From positions 10,601 through 74,600 of the forward strand of contig JALSQX010000071.1 of the NCBI GenBank assembly GCA_026985075.1: a DNA stretch of 64,000 nucleotides. The letters are read 5' to 3'. The position numbers and the translations under genes were made by a program. The notes beneath the pieces were generated by a model, which saw only the letters and a list, made by a program, of their open reading frames with translations, was not told the DNA's origin and did not search any database. Below, one piece after another: positions 10,082 through 19,998 of this stretch. Numbering within the stretch: position 1 is the first letter of the stretch; every line of letters starts with the position of its first letter. This DNA comes from Blastocatellia bacterium (GTDB lineage: Bacteria; Acidobacteriota; Blastocatellia; HR10; J050).

Positions 10082-10627
10082 TCAGAATGGACGCTTCTTG
10101 CTCACCAGATCGAAATCGATGAAGTCAGCGTGGTGAAAGATGATCGACTCTGGCGATCGCGTGACGTGATCCCCTTCTTTAGAGTGCGTGGCGACCACAT
10201 GCATGACGCCTTCGGGCAACCCTCGGCGATAGCACATCCCGACGCCGACGAATGGATGACGCAGATAATGCCCTTTTTGGCTTCGGATGAACCGACCGTC
10301 TTTCTTCTCGTATTCGATGAGTTTCCCCACGTCGGCCAACAGTGCGCCGGCGATGAGGTGATCTCGATTGATCGGCATGCGGTCTCCATAGGCTTCTCGC
10401 AAAACGCCCTCCACGGCCATACACATGCGACAGACAGTGCGCACGTGCTCAATGAAATTGATGCTCACATCATCCGCCCACAACGTGAACGGCATCTGGA
10501 GAAGATCATCGAGCGTCCACCCCCCATCTCGAAGGGCATCCTCCCAAACAGCGAGCGTCTTCTCGCGCAACTCCTGATCCTGGATTTCATCGAATTCGGG
10601 GATGAGTGTCCTGATCCGCTCTCTCAT
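10082..10627 (-). CDS. HD/HDIG-domain protein
   Basis: EHVRTV, GALLADVGK (HD appears as AD), RHPFVG, VATHS, HHADF. Confidence 0.8.
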   Translation of the reverse strand: MRERIRTLIPEFDEIQDQELREKTLAVWEDALRDGGWTLDDLLQMPFTLWADDVSINFIEHVRTVCRMCMAVEGVLREAYGDRMPINRDHLIAGALLADVGKLIEYEKKDGRFIRSQKGHYLRHPFVGVGMCYRRGLPEGVMHVVATHSKEGDHVTRSPESIIFHHADFIDFDLVSKKRPF

Positions 10628-10680
10628 CGTTCCACATTCCTCCGCAAGGTGAAAGAGTGCAATAGCGGACATCTCGTCCA

Positions 10681-11475
10681 CTACTCCACTCTTTCACCCT
10701 TCCACTGTCTCTCTTCGGGACCATCGTATGCGATATCTGTGGGATGGATGCGGCGCATGGGTTTCTGGCGGCTCTTCTCTTCGTAGATATGCGCGACGAG
10801 CCCCGGTATTCGAGCCATCATGAAGAAAGCATCAGCCAAGATGGGCTCGAATTTCAGTTCGCAGAGCAGAGCGGCGATGGCGCCATCGGCGTTGATGGGA
10901 ACCGGCCTCTGGAGTCGCTCGCTCAATGCGCGTTCGATGGCCCGCGCCATGGCTACGAAGTCACCCGCGATACCCCACGTCGCCGCCAGCTCGAATAATC
11001 GGATCGTACGGGGATCCCGCGTATGCAGGCGATGTCCGAATCCATGAATGCGCGCACCACGATCGTGAAACTTTTTGACCACCCAGTTGGCCGCTTCTTC
11101 CGGCGAAGTCGATTGCTGACGTTGATAATGGACGCCTTCGGAGAGGACGTTCATGCACTCCTCGATGGCTCCGCCATGATACTGAGAGATGGCCAGGATG
11201 CCTCCCGCCACGGCGGCGCTCAACTCCGCCCCCGTCGACGCAATCGTACGGGCGGCCAGCGTCGAAGGCGGCGACCCTCCATGATCGATCACCGAGACGA
11301 GTATGGCCTCGATGACCTTCCCCTCGTTCCCCTTGGGAAGCTCTCCCTTCAACGCCAGATAAATGGCCTCCCCGTAGGAGATGCGCCCGATGAGCTCATC
11401 GAGGCGATATCCCCGCAACAGGATCTTATTGGGCTCGACCTTTGTAATTGCCGTTTTCCATCGCAAATCAGTCAT
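10681..11475 (-). CDS. Citryl-CoA lyase-like (citrate synthase fold, stand-alone)
   Basis: WKTAIT..EPNKILLRGY, IDHG, HGGAIE, GFGHRLH.RDPR, INADGAIAA. Confidence 0.88.
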   Translation of the reverse strand: MTDLRWKTAITKVEPNKILLRGYRLDELIGRISYGEAIYLALKGELPKGNEGKVIEAILVSVIDHGGSPPSTLAARTIASTGAELSAAVAGGILAISQYHGGAIEECMNVLSEGVHYQRQQSTSPEEAANWVVKKFHDRGARIHGFGHRLHTRDPRTIRLFELAATWGIAGDFVAMARAIERALSERLQRPVPINADGAIAALLCELKFEPILADAFFMMARIPGLVAHIYEEKSRQKPMRRIHPTDIAYDGPEERQWKGERVE

Positions 11476-11544
11476 GACTCATCCGTCCTGGAACTGGCGT
11501 CCACTGCCGAGATGACCTCTCGATTCATCGCCACGTGATTCGCC

Positions 11545-12453
11545 TCAGAGCGAGATGGCCCCATCGAGAATGCGCCGAGTAACTTGGGGGACGTCATTGA
11601 AGGTTTCCACCAGATAAGCGCCCACTTGCCTGAGCCGCCTCACCTTTCCCTCATAGGTTCCGCGATTCCCCTCGACGATGGCACCGGCGTGGGAAAAGCG
11701 CGTTCCCGATTTGGCGGCGCGCCCGCCAATGTAGGCGATGAGCGGTTTGGTGAATTCTCCCCGTTCGATCAATTCGGCAACGCGTTCCTCCTGAGAGGTC
11801 CCAATCTCTCCAAACATGACTACGGCCTTCGTCTCCTCATCGGCCTGGAAGAGTTTCAAGACATCCGGCAAGGGCATACCCACGATAGCGTCTCCACCCA
11901 CATGGACAATCGTGCTCGTGCCCATCCCCTGTTTGCCGAGATAATAGGCGGTCGACGCGCTCATTCCTCCGCTTCGGGAGACGATTCCCACAGGACCCGG
12001 TTTGAACCAAGCGCGGGCTGATTCTGCCGTTCCCCCCATCATTCCCAGAACGCCTTTGCCCGGGCTGAGAACACCAACCGTATTCGGTCCGATGAATTGT
12101 GCCCCTCGTTTCTCCGCCGCTCGAATGATCTCCAGCACATCGTACAACGGGACGCGATCGGGGATGAGCACTAACAGCTTAATACTCGCCTCGATGGCCT
12201 CCAACGCCGCTTCTTTCACCAGGGGAGCGGGGACGAATATGACGCTGATGTCGATCGGACCGACATTCTCTTGAGCTTCAGCGACCGTGTCGAATACGGG
12301 AACTCCATGAACGACGCGTCCTCCCTTTCCCGGAGTACATCCAGCCACCACACGCGTTCCATATTCCATCATGAGTCGAGTGCGCACCGAGCCCTCCCGC
12401 CCGGTGATCCCCTGAACGAGTACCCGCTTCGTTTGATCGATGAGAATGGCCAT
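11545..12453 (-). CDS. ADP-forming acyl-CoA synthetase alpha subunit (SucD/citryl-CoA synthetase-like)
   Basis: VQGITGREG, IGPNTVG, SRSGG, GEIG, FSHAGAI phospho-His. Confidence 0.9.
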   Translation of the reverse strand: MAILIDQTKRVLVQGITGREGSVRTRLMMEYGTRVVAGCTPGKGGRVVHGVPVFDTVAEAQENVGPIDISVIFVPAPLVKEAALEAIEASIKLLVLIPDRVPLYDVLEIIRAAEKRGAQFIGPNTVGVLSPGKGVLGMMGGTAESARAWFKPGPVGIVSRSGGMSASTAYYLGKQGMGTSTIVHVGGDAIVGMPLPDVLKLFQADEETKAVVMFGEIGTSQEERVAELIERGEFTKPLIAYIGGRAAKSGTRFSHAGAIVEGNRGTYEGKVRRLRQVGAYLVETFNDVPQVTRRILDGAISL

Positions 12454-12471
12454 GGCGCCAGATGATGTGCA

Positions 12472-14073
12472 TCACTGTTCAACAGGTACGACACTCTCTA
12501 CGGCTTCGCTCGTTCGCTTGACTTTTTGGCGATACTCATCGAGCCCCTCGATGGGCAAGTCAATCCTGGCCCCGTTCTGGCCATGAAACCAGCACTCCAC
12601 CTCGCACGCCAGGCATTCTATACAGCCCCCGCGTTGGGCCTCCTCTCGAGTGATTGCCAGTACGGGAAGGTCATTCTCTAGTTTCAAGATCTGAGGAACG
12701 CAGGCCTGGACACAGATCTTCGTCTCGCAATGCGCGCACTTGGCATGATCGAAGGTGATCGTTCCCGTACGAATGTCGAACGCATACGGCTCGTGAGGTG
12801 GGGCATCTTCGGCCGGGGTCGAAGGGATTCCGACCGGCGTTCGCTCAGTGGATCGATGGGCGTCGACCAGTTGGCGAAGCCGTTGAGCACAAAAATCAGC
12901 CGAATCATCCTTCCGGTAAACCTCGACGGGAGCGGGGAGATCTCGAGTGTAAGCTTGTATGATGTGCGCCGCGAGGTCCTCTCCATTTCCACCCAATCGA
13001 AGCACCGCGGGAATGGAAAGGTTTTCCTCCCGAAACGCCTTCACCAGCGCCCGCGCGATGTGAAATTGCTCCTGGCTGGCCACGCCGGATCCGGACTCGA
13101 AGTAGGCGTCGATGTTGGGCTGGGAGAGGATGATCTTTGCCGCACGGTAGAACTTAGAGGCGGGAGGATTCCCGCTCGTATCACAAAAATTGGCCACCTT
13201 GAATCCCCATCGCGTCACGGCATCCATAGACATCATCGAGCCACCACCGCCAGCCCCGTGGAACCCGATGTATCCCTCCCCGGCCCGGAACCCCTGGGCC
13301 AATTGGATGAAATAAAAAGTTCCCCGATAGTCATTTTTCTCGACGTGATAAGCGATACGCTCCAGCTCCGTGGGCGGATGATTCAACTCCCGAGCGATCT
13401 CGATCCCCAACTCGGGATGCCGATAGACGGCATAATCATCCACCGTGATGCGACAGTCGGCGGCGACGACCTCCCCATCGGCCGTCAGCACCAGCGGATT
13501 GATCTCGGCCGCGCGCGCCTCCACTCCTCGTGCGACGAGGTAGAGCTTTTCCAGCACCTCAGCCAGCTGTACCTGCAATCGTCCGCGGATGCCTGTCCGG
13601 CGAACGATATTCCGCGCCTGATAAGCGTGGAGGCCTTCAATCACATCGATGGCCTCACGAGCCACCTTGTCTGGATGGTGCTGCGCGATGTCCTCCACGC
13701 CCGTTCCTCCCACGGAACTGAACAGCATGACGGGTCGGCGCTCGCTATCATCGATGATGAACCCCAGATAGAACTCCCGCTCGACGTCGAGCTTCTCCTC
13801 CACGAGGACGTATTCGACGGGGAAATTCTCGACCCTCATGGAGAGGATGTCGGCTGCTGCCGCCCGCGCTTCTTCAGCCGTTTCGGCGAAGCGAATGCCT
13901 CCTATTCCCGCTCGACCCGTGGTCCAGACCTGAGCCTTGATGACCACGGGCAGTCCAATCTCTTCGGCGGCATTCGCGGCCCCCTGGGGAGTCGCGACGA
14001 CCGCTCCCCGTGGAATACGGATTCCCTGCTGCCTGAGCAACTCTTTCCCCTGATACTCATGTAATCGAGCCAT
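12472..14073 (-). CDS. ADP-forming acyl-CoA synthetase beta subunit (ATP-grasp) with C-terminal ferredoxin-like domain
   Basis: LHEYQGKELL, VIKAQV..GR...GG, EINPLV, GAGGGG, ANFCDTSGNP; C-terminal CAHCETKICVQAC / CIECLACEVEC. Confidence 0.88.
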   Translation of the reverse strand: MARLHEYQGKELLRQQGIRIPRGAVVATPQGAANAAEEIGLPVVIKAQVWTTGRAGIGGIRFAETAEEARAAAADILSMRVENFPVEYVLVEEKLDVEREFYLGFIIDDSERRPVMLFSSVGGTGVEDIAQHHPDKVAREAIDVIEGLHAYQARNIVRRTGIRGRLQVQLAEVLEKLYLVARGVEARAAEINPLVLTADGEVVAADCRITVDDYAVYRHPELGIEIARELNHPPTELERIAYHVEKNDYRGTFYFIQLAQGFRAGEGYIGFHGAGGGGSMMSMDAVTRWGFKVANFCDTSGNPPASKFYRAAKIILSQPNIDAYFESGSGVASQEQFHIARALVKAFREENLSIPAVLRLGGNGEDLAAHIIQAYTRDLPAPVEVYRKDDSADFCAQRLRQLVDAHRSTERTPVGIPSTPAEDAPPHEPYAFDIRTGTITFDHAKCAHCETKICVQACVPQILKLENDLPVLAITREEAQRGGCIECLACEVECWFHGQNGARIDLPIEGLDEYRQKVKRTSEAVESVVPVEQ

Positions 14074-14098
14074 GGTCCTTTCCGCCCCTCAACAATAA

Positions 14099-14125
14099 GT
14101 GGCGCAAGCCGTCAGCTCGCGTTAC
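14099..14125. repeat. REP-like palindrome (degenerate copy)
   Basis: gtggcgcaag-ccgtcag-ctcgcgttac, similar to the copies at 45020 and 45117. Confidence 0.55.
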
Positions 14126-14215
14126 TTCATTCTTGCGGTGTGGCTTACGAGGCTATGGTTGGCCTCTTCGGGTCATCACAATGGTCGCCGGCGATGAGGC
14201 CTCATAGTGACCACC

Positions 14216-14968
14216 TCACAAGCTCCCGCCCCCATTGGCCATCAGGATTTGCCCTCTCAACCAATATGCATCCGGGCTGACCAGGAAGGCGACGACCTTG
14301 GCAATGTCCTCCGGCTCGCCCAATCGTCCCACCGGCGTCCGATTGAGGGCGGCTCGGCGAATTTCATCATTCTCGATGAACGGGCGACCCATATCGGTGT
14401 GCGTCAATCCCGGCGCGACGCCATTGACGACGATGCCTAGCGGAGCCAATTCCACGGCCAGAACCTTGGTGATCATCTCCAGCGCCGCCTTGGAAGCAGA
14501 ATAGATCAAGCCGCCGGGGAACGCCCGATGGGCGACTTCCGACGAGATGTTCACCATCGCTCCCCCGCGATCTTTCATCAGAGGCACCGCCGCCCGGGCA
14601 CACAGCCAGACCGCCTTGGCGTTCACATCCAGGATGCGATACCACTCCTCTTCGGTCATCACCATGAGGGGAGCGACCGTGATCTGTCCGGCGTTGTTCA
14701 CCAGGATGTCGAGCCGACCGAACTGCTCTTTGATCGCGGAGAACATCTTCTCGACCTGATCGGCCCGGGAGACGTCGGCCTGGAGGGCTATGGCTCGCCC
14801 TCCGTTGGACCGGATTTCATCGACGACCTGCTGGGCGCCCTGAGCGCTTCGATGGTAATTGACGATGACGTGAGCGCCGCGATGGGATAATTCCAGGGCG
14901 ATGCTCCGTCCGATTCCCCGCCCCGCCCCGGTGACGAGGGCGATCTTATCTTTTAACACTCCATCCAT
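14216..14968 (-). CDS. Short-chain dehydrogenase/reductase (FabG-like)
   Basis: TGAGRGIG, LVNNAG, YSASK. Confidence 0.95.
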   Translation of the reverse strand: MDGVLKDKIALVTGAGRGIGRSIALELSHRGAHVIVNYHRSAQGAQQVVDEIRSNGGRAIALQADVSRADQVEKMFSAIKEQFGRLDILVNNAGQITVAPLMVMTEEEWYRILDVNAKAVWLCARAAVPLMKDRGGAMVNISSEVAHRAFPGGLIYSASKAALEMITKVLAVELAPLGIVVNGVAPGLTHTDMGRPFIENDEIRRAALNRTPVGRLGEPEDIAKVVAFLVSPDAYWLRGQILMANGGGSL

Positions 14969-15050
14969 GCGTCCTCCAGGATGCGGCGTAGGATGCCGCC
15001 TCAGCGAAAGATGCGATCACTCGGCATAGGGAGCGCCGGCCGCTGAGCGT

Positions 15051-15812
15051 TCACTTATGCAGCCACCCGTTGCCGATATCCTTTTTCCCGCGCGTGAGTC
15101 GCACGGTGTAGGAGTACATATCCGTGCGATAGAGGGTCTTGACGTATTCGACGGGTTCACCGTCACGACTGAAGACGGTGCGCTCAATGGAGAGCAACGG
15201 CGCGCCAATATTGACTTCGAGCAGGCCAGCCACATATCCATCGGCGAGCGCTGCTGAGATGACCTGAATGGCTTCACCCAACCGAATGTGATACTTATCC
15301 TCGAGGATCTTCAACAACGAGCCTTCGGCGAAATCTTCTCGGCTCAACCGACGCCCAATCGACTCGGGCAGGTAGTTGATCACGTAGCTATAAGGCGTCC
15401 CTCGAAACGAACGAACCTTTTTCGCCCTCAATACCCGCTGGCCAGGTTTCATGCGGAGCTGCTCAGCCTCAGGCTCAGCAGCCTCGATCATCGAAACATC
15501 CAGCACCTTCACCGTTGTCTCAATGCCCATGGCCATCAGATCTTCGATGAATCCCGTCAAGCGAATGGATCCTTTCGCCGGCTTCCGTTGCGTGACGAAG
15601 GTGCCCAAACCTTGCCGACGCTCAATCAGTCCCTCCTCGACCAGAGACGCCAGCGCTTGGCGCACGGTGATGCGGCTGACGCCATATTGCTTACTGAGCT
15701 GGGCCTCGGTGGGGAGCCGCTCACCCTGAGCGAGTTCGCCAGAGTTAATCTTCTCCCGCAGGATACTCTCCAGCTGGTAGTAAAGAGGTACTTTTTTATT
15801 CTCGAACGGCAT
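15051..15812 (-). CDS. GntR (HutC/UTRA) transcriptional regulator
   Basis: PLYYQL, LPTE..L..YGVSRITVRQAL, GLGTFV; UTRA C-terminus. Confidence 0.95.
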   Translation of the reverse strand: MPFENKKVPLYYQLESILREKINSGELAQGERLPTEAQLSKQYGVSRITVRQALASLVEEGLIERRQGLGTFVTQRKPAKGSIRLTGFIEDLMAMGIETTVKVLDVSMIEAAEPEAEQLRMKPGQRVLRAKKVRSFRGTPYSYVINYLPESIGRRLSREDFAEGSLLKILEDKYHIRLGEAIQVISAALADGYVAGLLEVNIGAPLLSIERTVFSRDGEPVEYVKTLYRTDMYSYTVRLTRGKKDIGNGWLHK

Positions 15813-15874
15813 CGACGTCCACCTCAGTTCTCAACGTCTCGCTCGGAGAGCCTTCATACAATCATACCTCGAGC

Positions 15875-18520
15875 TCAGAAATATTTCAAATTCAATCCGA
15901 TGGTGAAACTCCGCCCGCGCGCGGGCGCGAATTGAAATTGCTCTCGATAAAATTTGTTACCCAGATTCTCCACCGCCAGCGTGAGGCTCACCCTGGAGTT
16001 ATCCCGGTCAACCAGATTGATGCCTCCTCTCACCGTGTGGACGGTGAACCCCAACAGGCCCCAAAGGTCGGCGGCCTGCAGGAGAGGAGACTGCCTCAAC
16101 AACGGGGATACACGGTGTACGTGGGTCTGGGATCGAGCCGAGTATTCCCACCAGAGGCGATTGGCACGATCATTCCAGCGCAGTCCGGCTACGATCTTAT
16201 ACGGTGTGATGCCCCCGGCGGGGACGTCTCGCAGAGGGTGTTCGCGATCCAGAGGATTGATGGCCTCCTTGACGACCCCGTACAGATAGCTGAAGTTCCC
16301 AAACAGCGAAAAGATCGACTTCGGCGCCCGGATGGGTACTTCCCAGTCCGCTTCCACGCCCTTGATGCGCACGCGAGAAAAGTTGAGCGTCTGGAAGATG
16401 GGGCCTCCCGCCTCGGCAGAGAAAGAGACCTGTTCGCGGGTCAGGAAATCTTTGTACCAACTGTGGAAATAACTCAGCGAGCCGCTGAATCGAGCCGTCC
16501 TGACCTTCACGCCCACGTCCAGCGTCGTGCCCTTCTCCGGCTTGAGCTTGATGTTGGGGACCAGCGCGCCCGCCTCCGCCGGACCAGAGAAGAATAACTC
16601 CGCTAAGTTAGGATGGCGAAAGCTCCTCCCCACACGTGCCGTGAGGCTGACGCTCTCCAGCGGGTGATAGACCACCCCGACATCGCCCGTGATGCTCGAT
16701 CGATTGAACTTGATCCCATCGACGGGTGGCACCGTGCTCAGGTCGAGGGGAGGATCAGCGCTCTCTAGTTCCGGTGGCCGCGGATTATAGAGAGGCGTCT
16801 TGCGGGCATCGATGTCGAATCGGTCAACGCGCAAGCTCCCGATCAGGCGAATGGAATGACTCACCTCGTGCTCATCTTGAAAGAAGACGGCGAAGTTCTG
16901 AAAATTGGAGATGGGAAGCCGCAAGTCGTGACTGACGGCACCTTCGACAATCGGCGCATCAAGAGGAAAGAAATCCGGAGGCAACGGAGGACGCCCAATG
17001 GCCCCCACCAGCCGGACGCTCACCACCGTCTCGCGAAAATCCTTATTGTGATCCCGGAACAAACTGCTCCCCACGGTGAGGACGTTTTTCGTGCCCAGGA
17101 GGAAGTTCGCCTGCACATCGTAGCCAAATGTTTTCACATTCTGCCCCGTGCTGCTCTGAATATCGACGCGAGCCACGGAAGCGAACGGAGGATCTCCCGG
17201 CTCCGGCTCGCTCAATCCGAACACAAAGAAGTCATTGAACAGCCGCCGATCCTGATGCTGCCAGTATCCTCCAATGGCCAGGCGACTGAACCACGTGGTC
17301 AGCGCCGTCACTTGATAGCGAAGGCTCGCCTTGTCCAGCTTACTCAACGGAAGCTTGAAGGTCTCAAAGATTTGATAGGGGAGGGCGAAATCGGGAAACC
17401 CAATGTCCAGAGCCCGCCGGCGCATCCAGCTCACCTTGAGGGACTGATTTTCGGTGAAAAAGTATCGGCCCACGACATTGATATTATTGCCATGCTCTTG
17501 GGAATTGGGGATCTCCGAACTCGAGCGCACAAACGGTTCGTTGAACACATCGGAAATCGGACCGAACTGCTTGTGTTCGATGACCCCCGCTTCAATCATC
17601 GGAATATTGGACTCACTGAAGGGCTCGCCCGCCGAATAATTAGGGAAACGCTCCAGCATTCCCGACACCCGTACGGCGAATCGCCGACCGGCGACATCCA
17701 CCCGCGCCGTGCCCCGCCGCCCCGGCTCATTACTGCTGAAGTACCCGGTGAAACTCCCTCCCCATCGAATCGCTTCATCCACCGTCCGCGGCATCTGCGT
17801 GATGATGTTAATCGTGCCCGAGAGGGCATCCGTGCCGTACAGCGCCGAACCCGCCCCGTGAACGACCTCTACGGCCTCGATGATCCCGGGATCGATGAGT
17901 CCCACTTCCACGCCGGCGGCTCCTGTCGACGTACGGGAGTTGTTCAACCGCTCTCCATCGACGAGAATCAACAGTCGCGTCGAATCCAGTCCCCGCAATC
18001 GAGGTCGCACGAGATACGGCCCGCTGTTGACCGGCGTCACGCTGGGAACGTTTAACAAGACATCGCCCGTCCCTGCCGGATTCTGCCTAGCCAACACCGT
18101 CTGCGTAATCGCTTGCGTGCGCACGGGGACATTGAGCACATCCCGCTGACCACGAGTGGCGGTCACCGTCACCTGCTCGGTAATGCCACCGGGCATGAGA
18201 TCGAAATTGACTTCGACGGACTCACCCAGCTCGGCGATTTCCAGGTTACGGCTGATTTCCGAGAATCCAGCCTTCTGGACCCGAAGTCGATAGATGCCAA
18301 TAGACAATCCGGTGAACTGGTAAGACCCGGACTCGTCTGAGGTTGTCGTCCGTTCTGTCCCCGTAGCGATATTCAACAGGGTCACCGTTGCACCCACCAC
18401 GGCAGCACCACTCTGATCGACGATATGCCCGTAGATTCGGCTCTCGATTTGAGCTTCGGCACCCGCCACCAGTGTCAAGGTGAGGGTCAAGCTGACGATA
18501 CACACCCGGTGAAACGCCAT
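15875..18520 (-). CDS. TonB-dependent receptor with N-terminal carboxypeptidase-regulatory-like domain
   Basis: Plug motifs LRGLD, LVDGERLN, GAGSALYGTDALSGTINIIT; FRHPNL; ENLGNKFY; C-terminal F. Confidence 0.95.
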   Translation of the reverse strand: MAFHRVCIVSLTLTLTLVAGAEAQIESRIYGHIVDQSGAAVVGATVTLLNIATGTERTTTSDESGSYQFTGLSIGIYRLRVQKAGFSEISRNLEIAELGESVEVNFDLMPGGITEQVTVTATRGQRDVLNVPVRTQAITQTVLARQNPAGTGDVLLNVPSVTPVNSGPYLVRPRLRGLDSTRLLILVDGERLNNSRTSTGAAGVEVGLIDPGIIEAVEVVHGAGSALYGTDALSGTINIITQMPRTVDEAIRWGGSFTGYFSSNEPGRRGTARVDVAGRRFAVRVSGMLERFPNYSAGEPFSESNIPMIEAGVIEHKQFGPISDVFNEPFVRSSSEIPNSQEHGNNINVVGRYFFTENQSLKVSWMRRRALDIGFPDFALPYQIFETFKLPLSKLDKASLRYQVTALTTWFSRLAIGGYWQHQDRRLFNDFFVFGLSEPEPGDPPFASVARVDIQSSTGQNVKTFGYDVQANFLLGTKNVLTVGSSLFRDHNKDFRETVVSVRLVGAIGRPPLPPDFFPLDAPIVEGAVSHDLRLPISNFQNFAVFFQDEHEVSHSIRLIGSLRVDRFDIDARKTPLYNPRPPELESADPPLDLSTVPPVDGIKFNRSSITGDVGVVYHPLESVSLTARVGRSFRHPNLAELFFSGPAEAGALVPNIKLKPEKGTTLDVGVKVRTARFSGSLSYFHSWYKDFLTREQVSFSAEAGGPIFQTLNFSRVRIKGVEADWEVPIRAPKSIFSLFGNFSYLYGVVKEAINPLDREHPLRDVPAGGITPYKIVAGLRWNDRANRLWWEYSARSQTHVHRVSPLLRQSPLLQAADLWGLLGFTVHTVRGGINLVDRDNSRVSLTLAVENLGNKFYREQFQFAPARGRSFTIGLNLKYF

Positions 18521-18719
18521 ATTACCTCCTCTCCCCCGGCATGACCTCCCCGAAGATGCTCGTCACGATGCTATTATGTTGACCCCACCGTTCGCCCACC
18601 CCGGCCGGCGACTCCCCCTGATGAGAGATGGCACGGCTGCTGGCCCTGAGCGGAAAGGGCATCTCTCCTCGCTCCCGGAGAGCCAGCGTTCCCCTCGCCC
18701 GTTCACATCCCTATTCATC

Positions 18720-19847
18720 CTACTTCACGCGCTTGAGCCAGGCAAATCTCAAATCGGCATCGGTCACATAAAAGTAGCTGATCCTCGGATTCCCCGCGGC
18801 ATCAAAGGCCAGCGACGTATAGTTTCCAGCCATCTCAGTGGCATCCACAATCTGAATGTGCCAGCGCTTTCCATCCCACCAGGCCAGTCTGAGATTGCCG
18901 TTACCAAAATAACTGATCGCCGGTCGTCCATCTCGATCGAACGCCAGCGAGCATCTCAGCCCCACCGTGCCTTCAGCATCAACCGTCTGAACCTCCCACC
19001 GGGAACCGTTCCATCGAGCGAATTTGAGATCGTCGTGCGTTCGATCGAAATAACTGATGGCCGGGTGTCCCGCGGCATCAAAGGCCAGCGAACTGAACAA
19101 CCCCACATCGCCTTCTGCGTCAACCGTTTCGATATGCCACTTCCCCTGGCGGGCATCCCACCGGGCAAATCTCAAATCGCCGGTTTCCCCCACATAATAG
19201 CTAATGGCTGGCTGCCCTGACCGCGTGAAGGCGAGTGAGGTGTGATTGCCCACGTCTCCGGCCGAATCCACCGTCTGGATGAGCCAGCGCTTCTTGACCG
19301 GATCCCAACGGGCGAATTTGAGATCGTCATTGGTATCGTCATAATAGCTGATGGCTGGATTCCCTGCAGCGTCGAACGCCAGCGAGGTGTGCAGCCCCAC
19401 GTTCGCCGAACGATCGACGATCTCCGTTTGCCACGTGGACCCCGTCCACCGGGCGAACTTCAAGGCCTGATTCTTGCCATCGTAATAACTGATGGCCGGA
19501 TTCCCCGCGGCATCAAAAGCGATGGAACTCGACCAACCGACATCGCCACTGGCATCGACCGTCTCGACCTTCCACGAGGATCCCGTCCAGCGCGCGCATT
19601 TGAGCGAAAAATTGGTATAGTCTCGATAACTGATCGCCGGTCGTCCCGACCGGTCGATAGCCAGAGAGGTGAAGAATCCCACATTTCCATCGGCATCCAC
19701 GGTCTCAATTTTCACAACGCGATATTGCTTGGCCGTTCTCGACGGTGACGATGTGGCTTGCGCCGAAAGAGCCGCCTCACCGGCGGCGCAGACGATCGCT
19801 AAACTCGAACACAGGATGAGCATGGGAGCGAGTCGAATTCTACTCAT
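18720..19847 (-). CDS. Secreted repeat protein, probable 7-bladed beta-propeller
   Basis: Signal peptide and 7 repeats of ETVDAxGxVGxxxSLAFDxxGxPAISY...LKFARW. Confidence 0.8.
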   Translation of the reverse strand: MSRIRLAPMLILCSSLAIVCAAGEAALSAQATSSPSRTAKQYRVVKIETVDADGNVGFFTSLAIDRSGRPAISYRDYTNFSLKCARWTGSSWKVETVDASGDVGWSSSIAFDAAGNPAISYYDGKNQALKFARWTGSTWQTEIVDRSANVGLHTSLAFDAAGNPAISYYDDTNDDLKFARWDPVKKRWLIQTVDSAGDVGNHTSLAFTRSGQPAISYYVGETGDLRFARWDARQGKWHIETVDAEGDVGLFSSLAFDAAGHPAISYFDRTHDDLKFARWNGSRWEVQTVDAEGTVGLRCSLAFDRDGRPAISYFGNGNLRLAWWDGKRWHIQIVDATEMAGNYTSLAFDAAGNPRISYFYVTDADLRFAWLKRVK

Positions 19848-19998
19848 GATGTCCCTCCGCATTCTGCCCCCCTTGTTGCCGAGCCGACTGACGCGATTCA
19901 GGACCGAGACATCTCGCTTCCCACAGGGAAGGAGACCGAGAGAGGTCGCACTTCGTCATCAGAGATCCTGTGCGCCAGAGCGCTCGGGCCAGCCGGTT

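Noticed and set aside
12730-14064. Long antisense ORFs (also 16856-18055, 20683-21999, 46154-47506, 62059-63273)
   Set aside because: Shadow frames of well-supported genes in high-GC DNA, with no motifs
10681-14073. Reductive TCA carbon fixation (citryl-CoA synthetase/lyase)
   Set aside because: Context is catabolic (PrpD, importers, GntR); no ferredoxin oxidoreductases or fumarate reductase in the window
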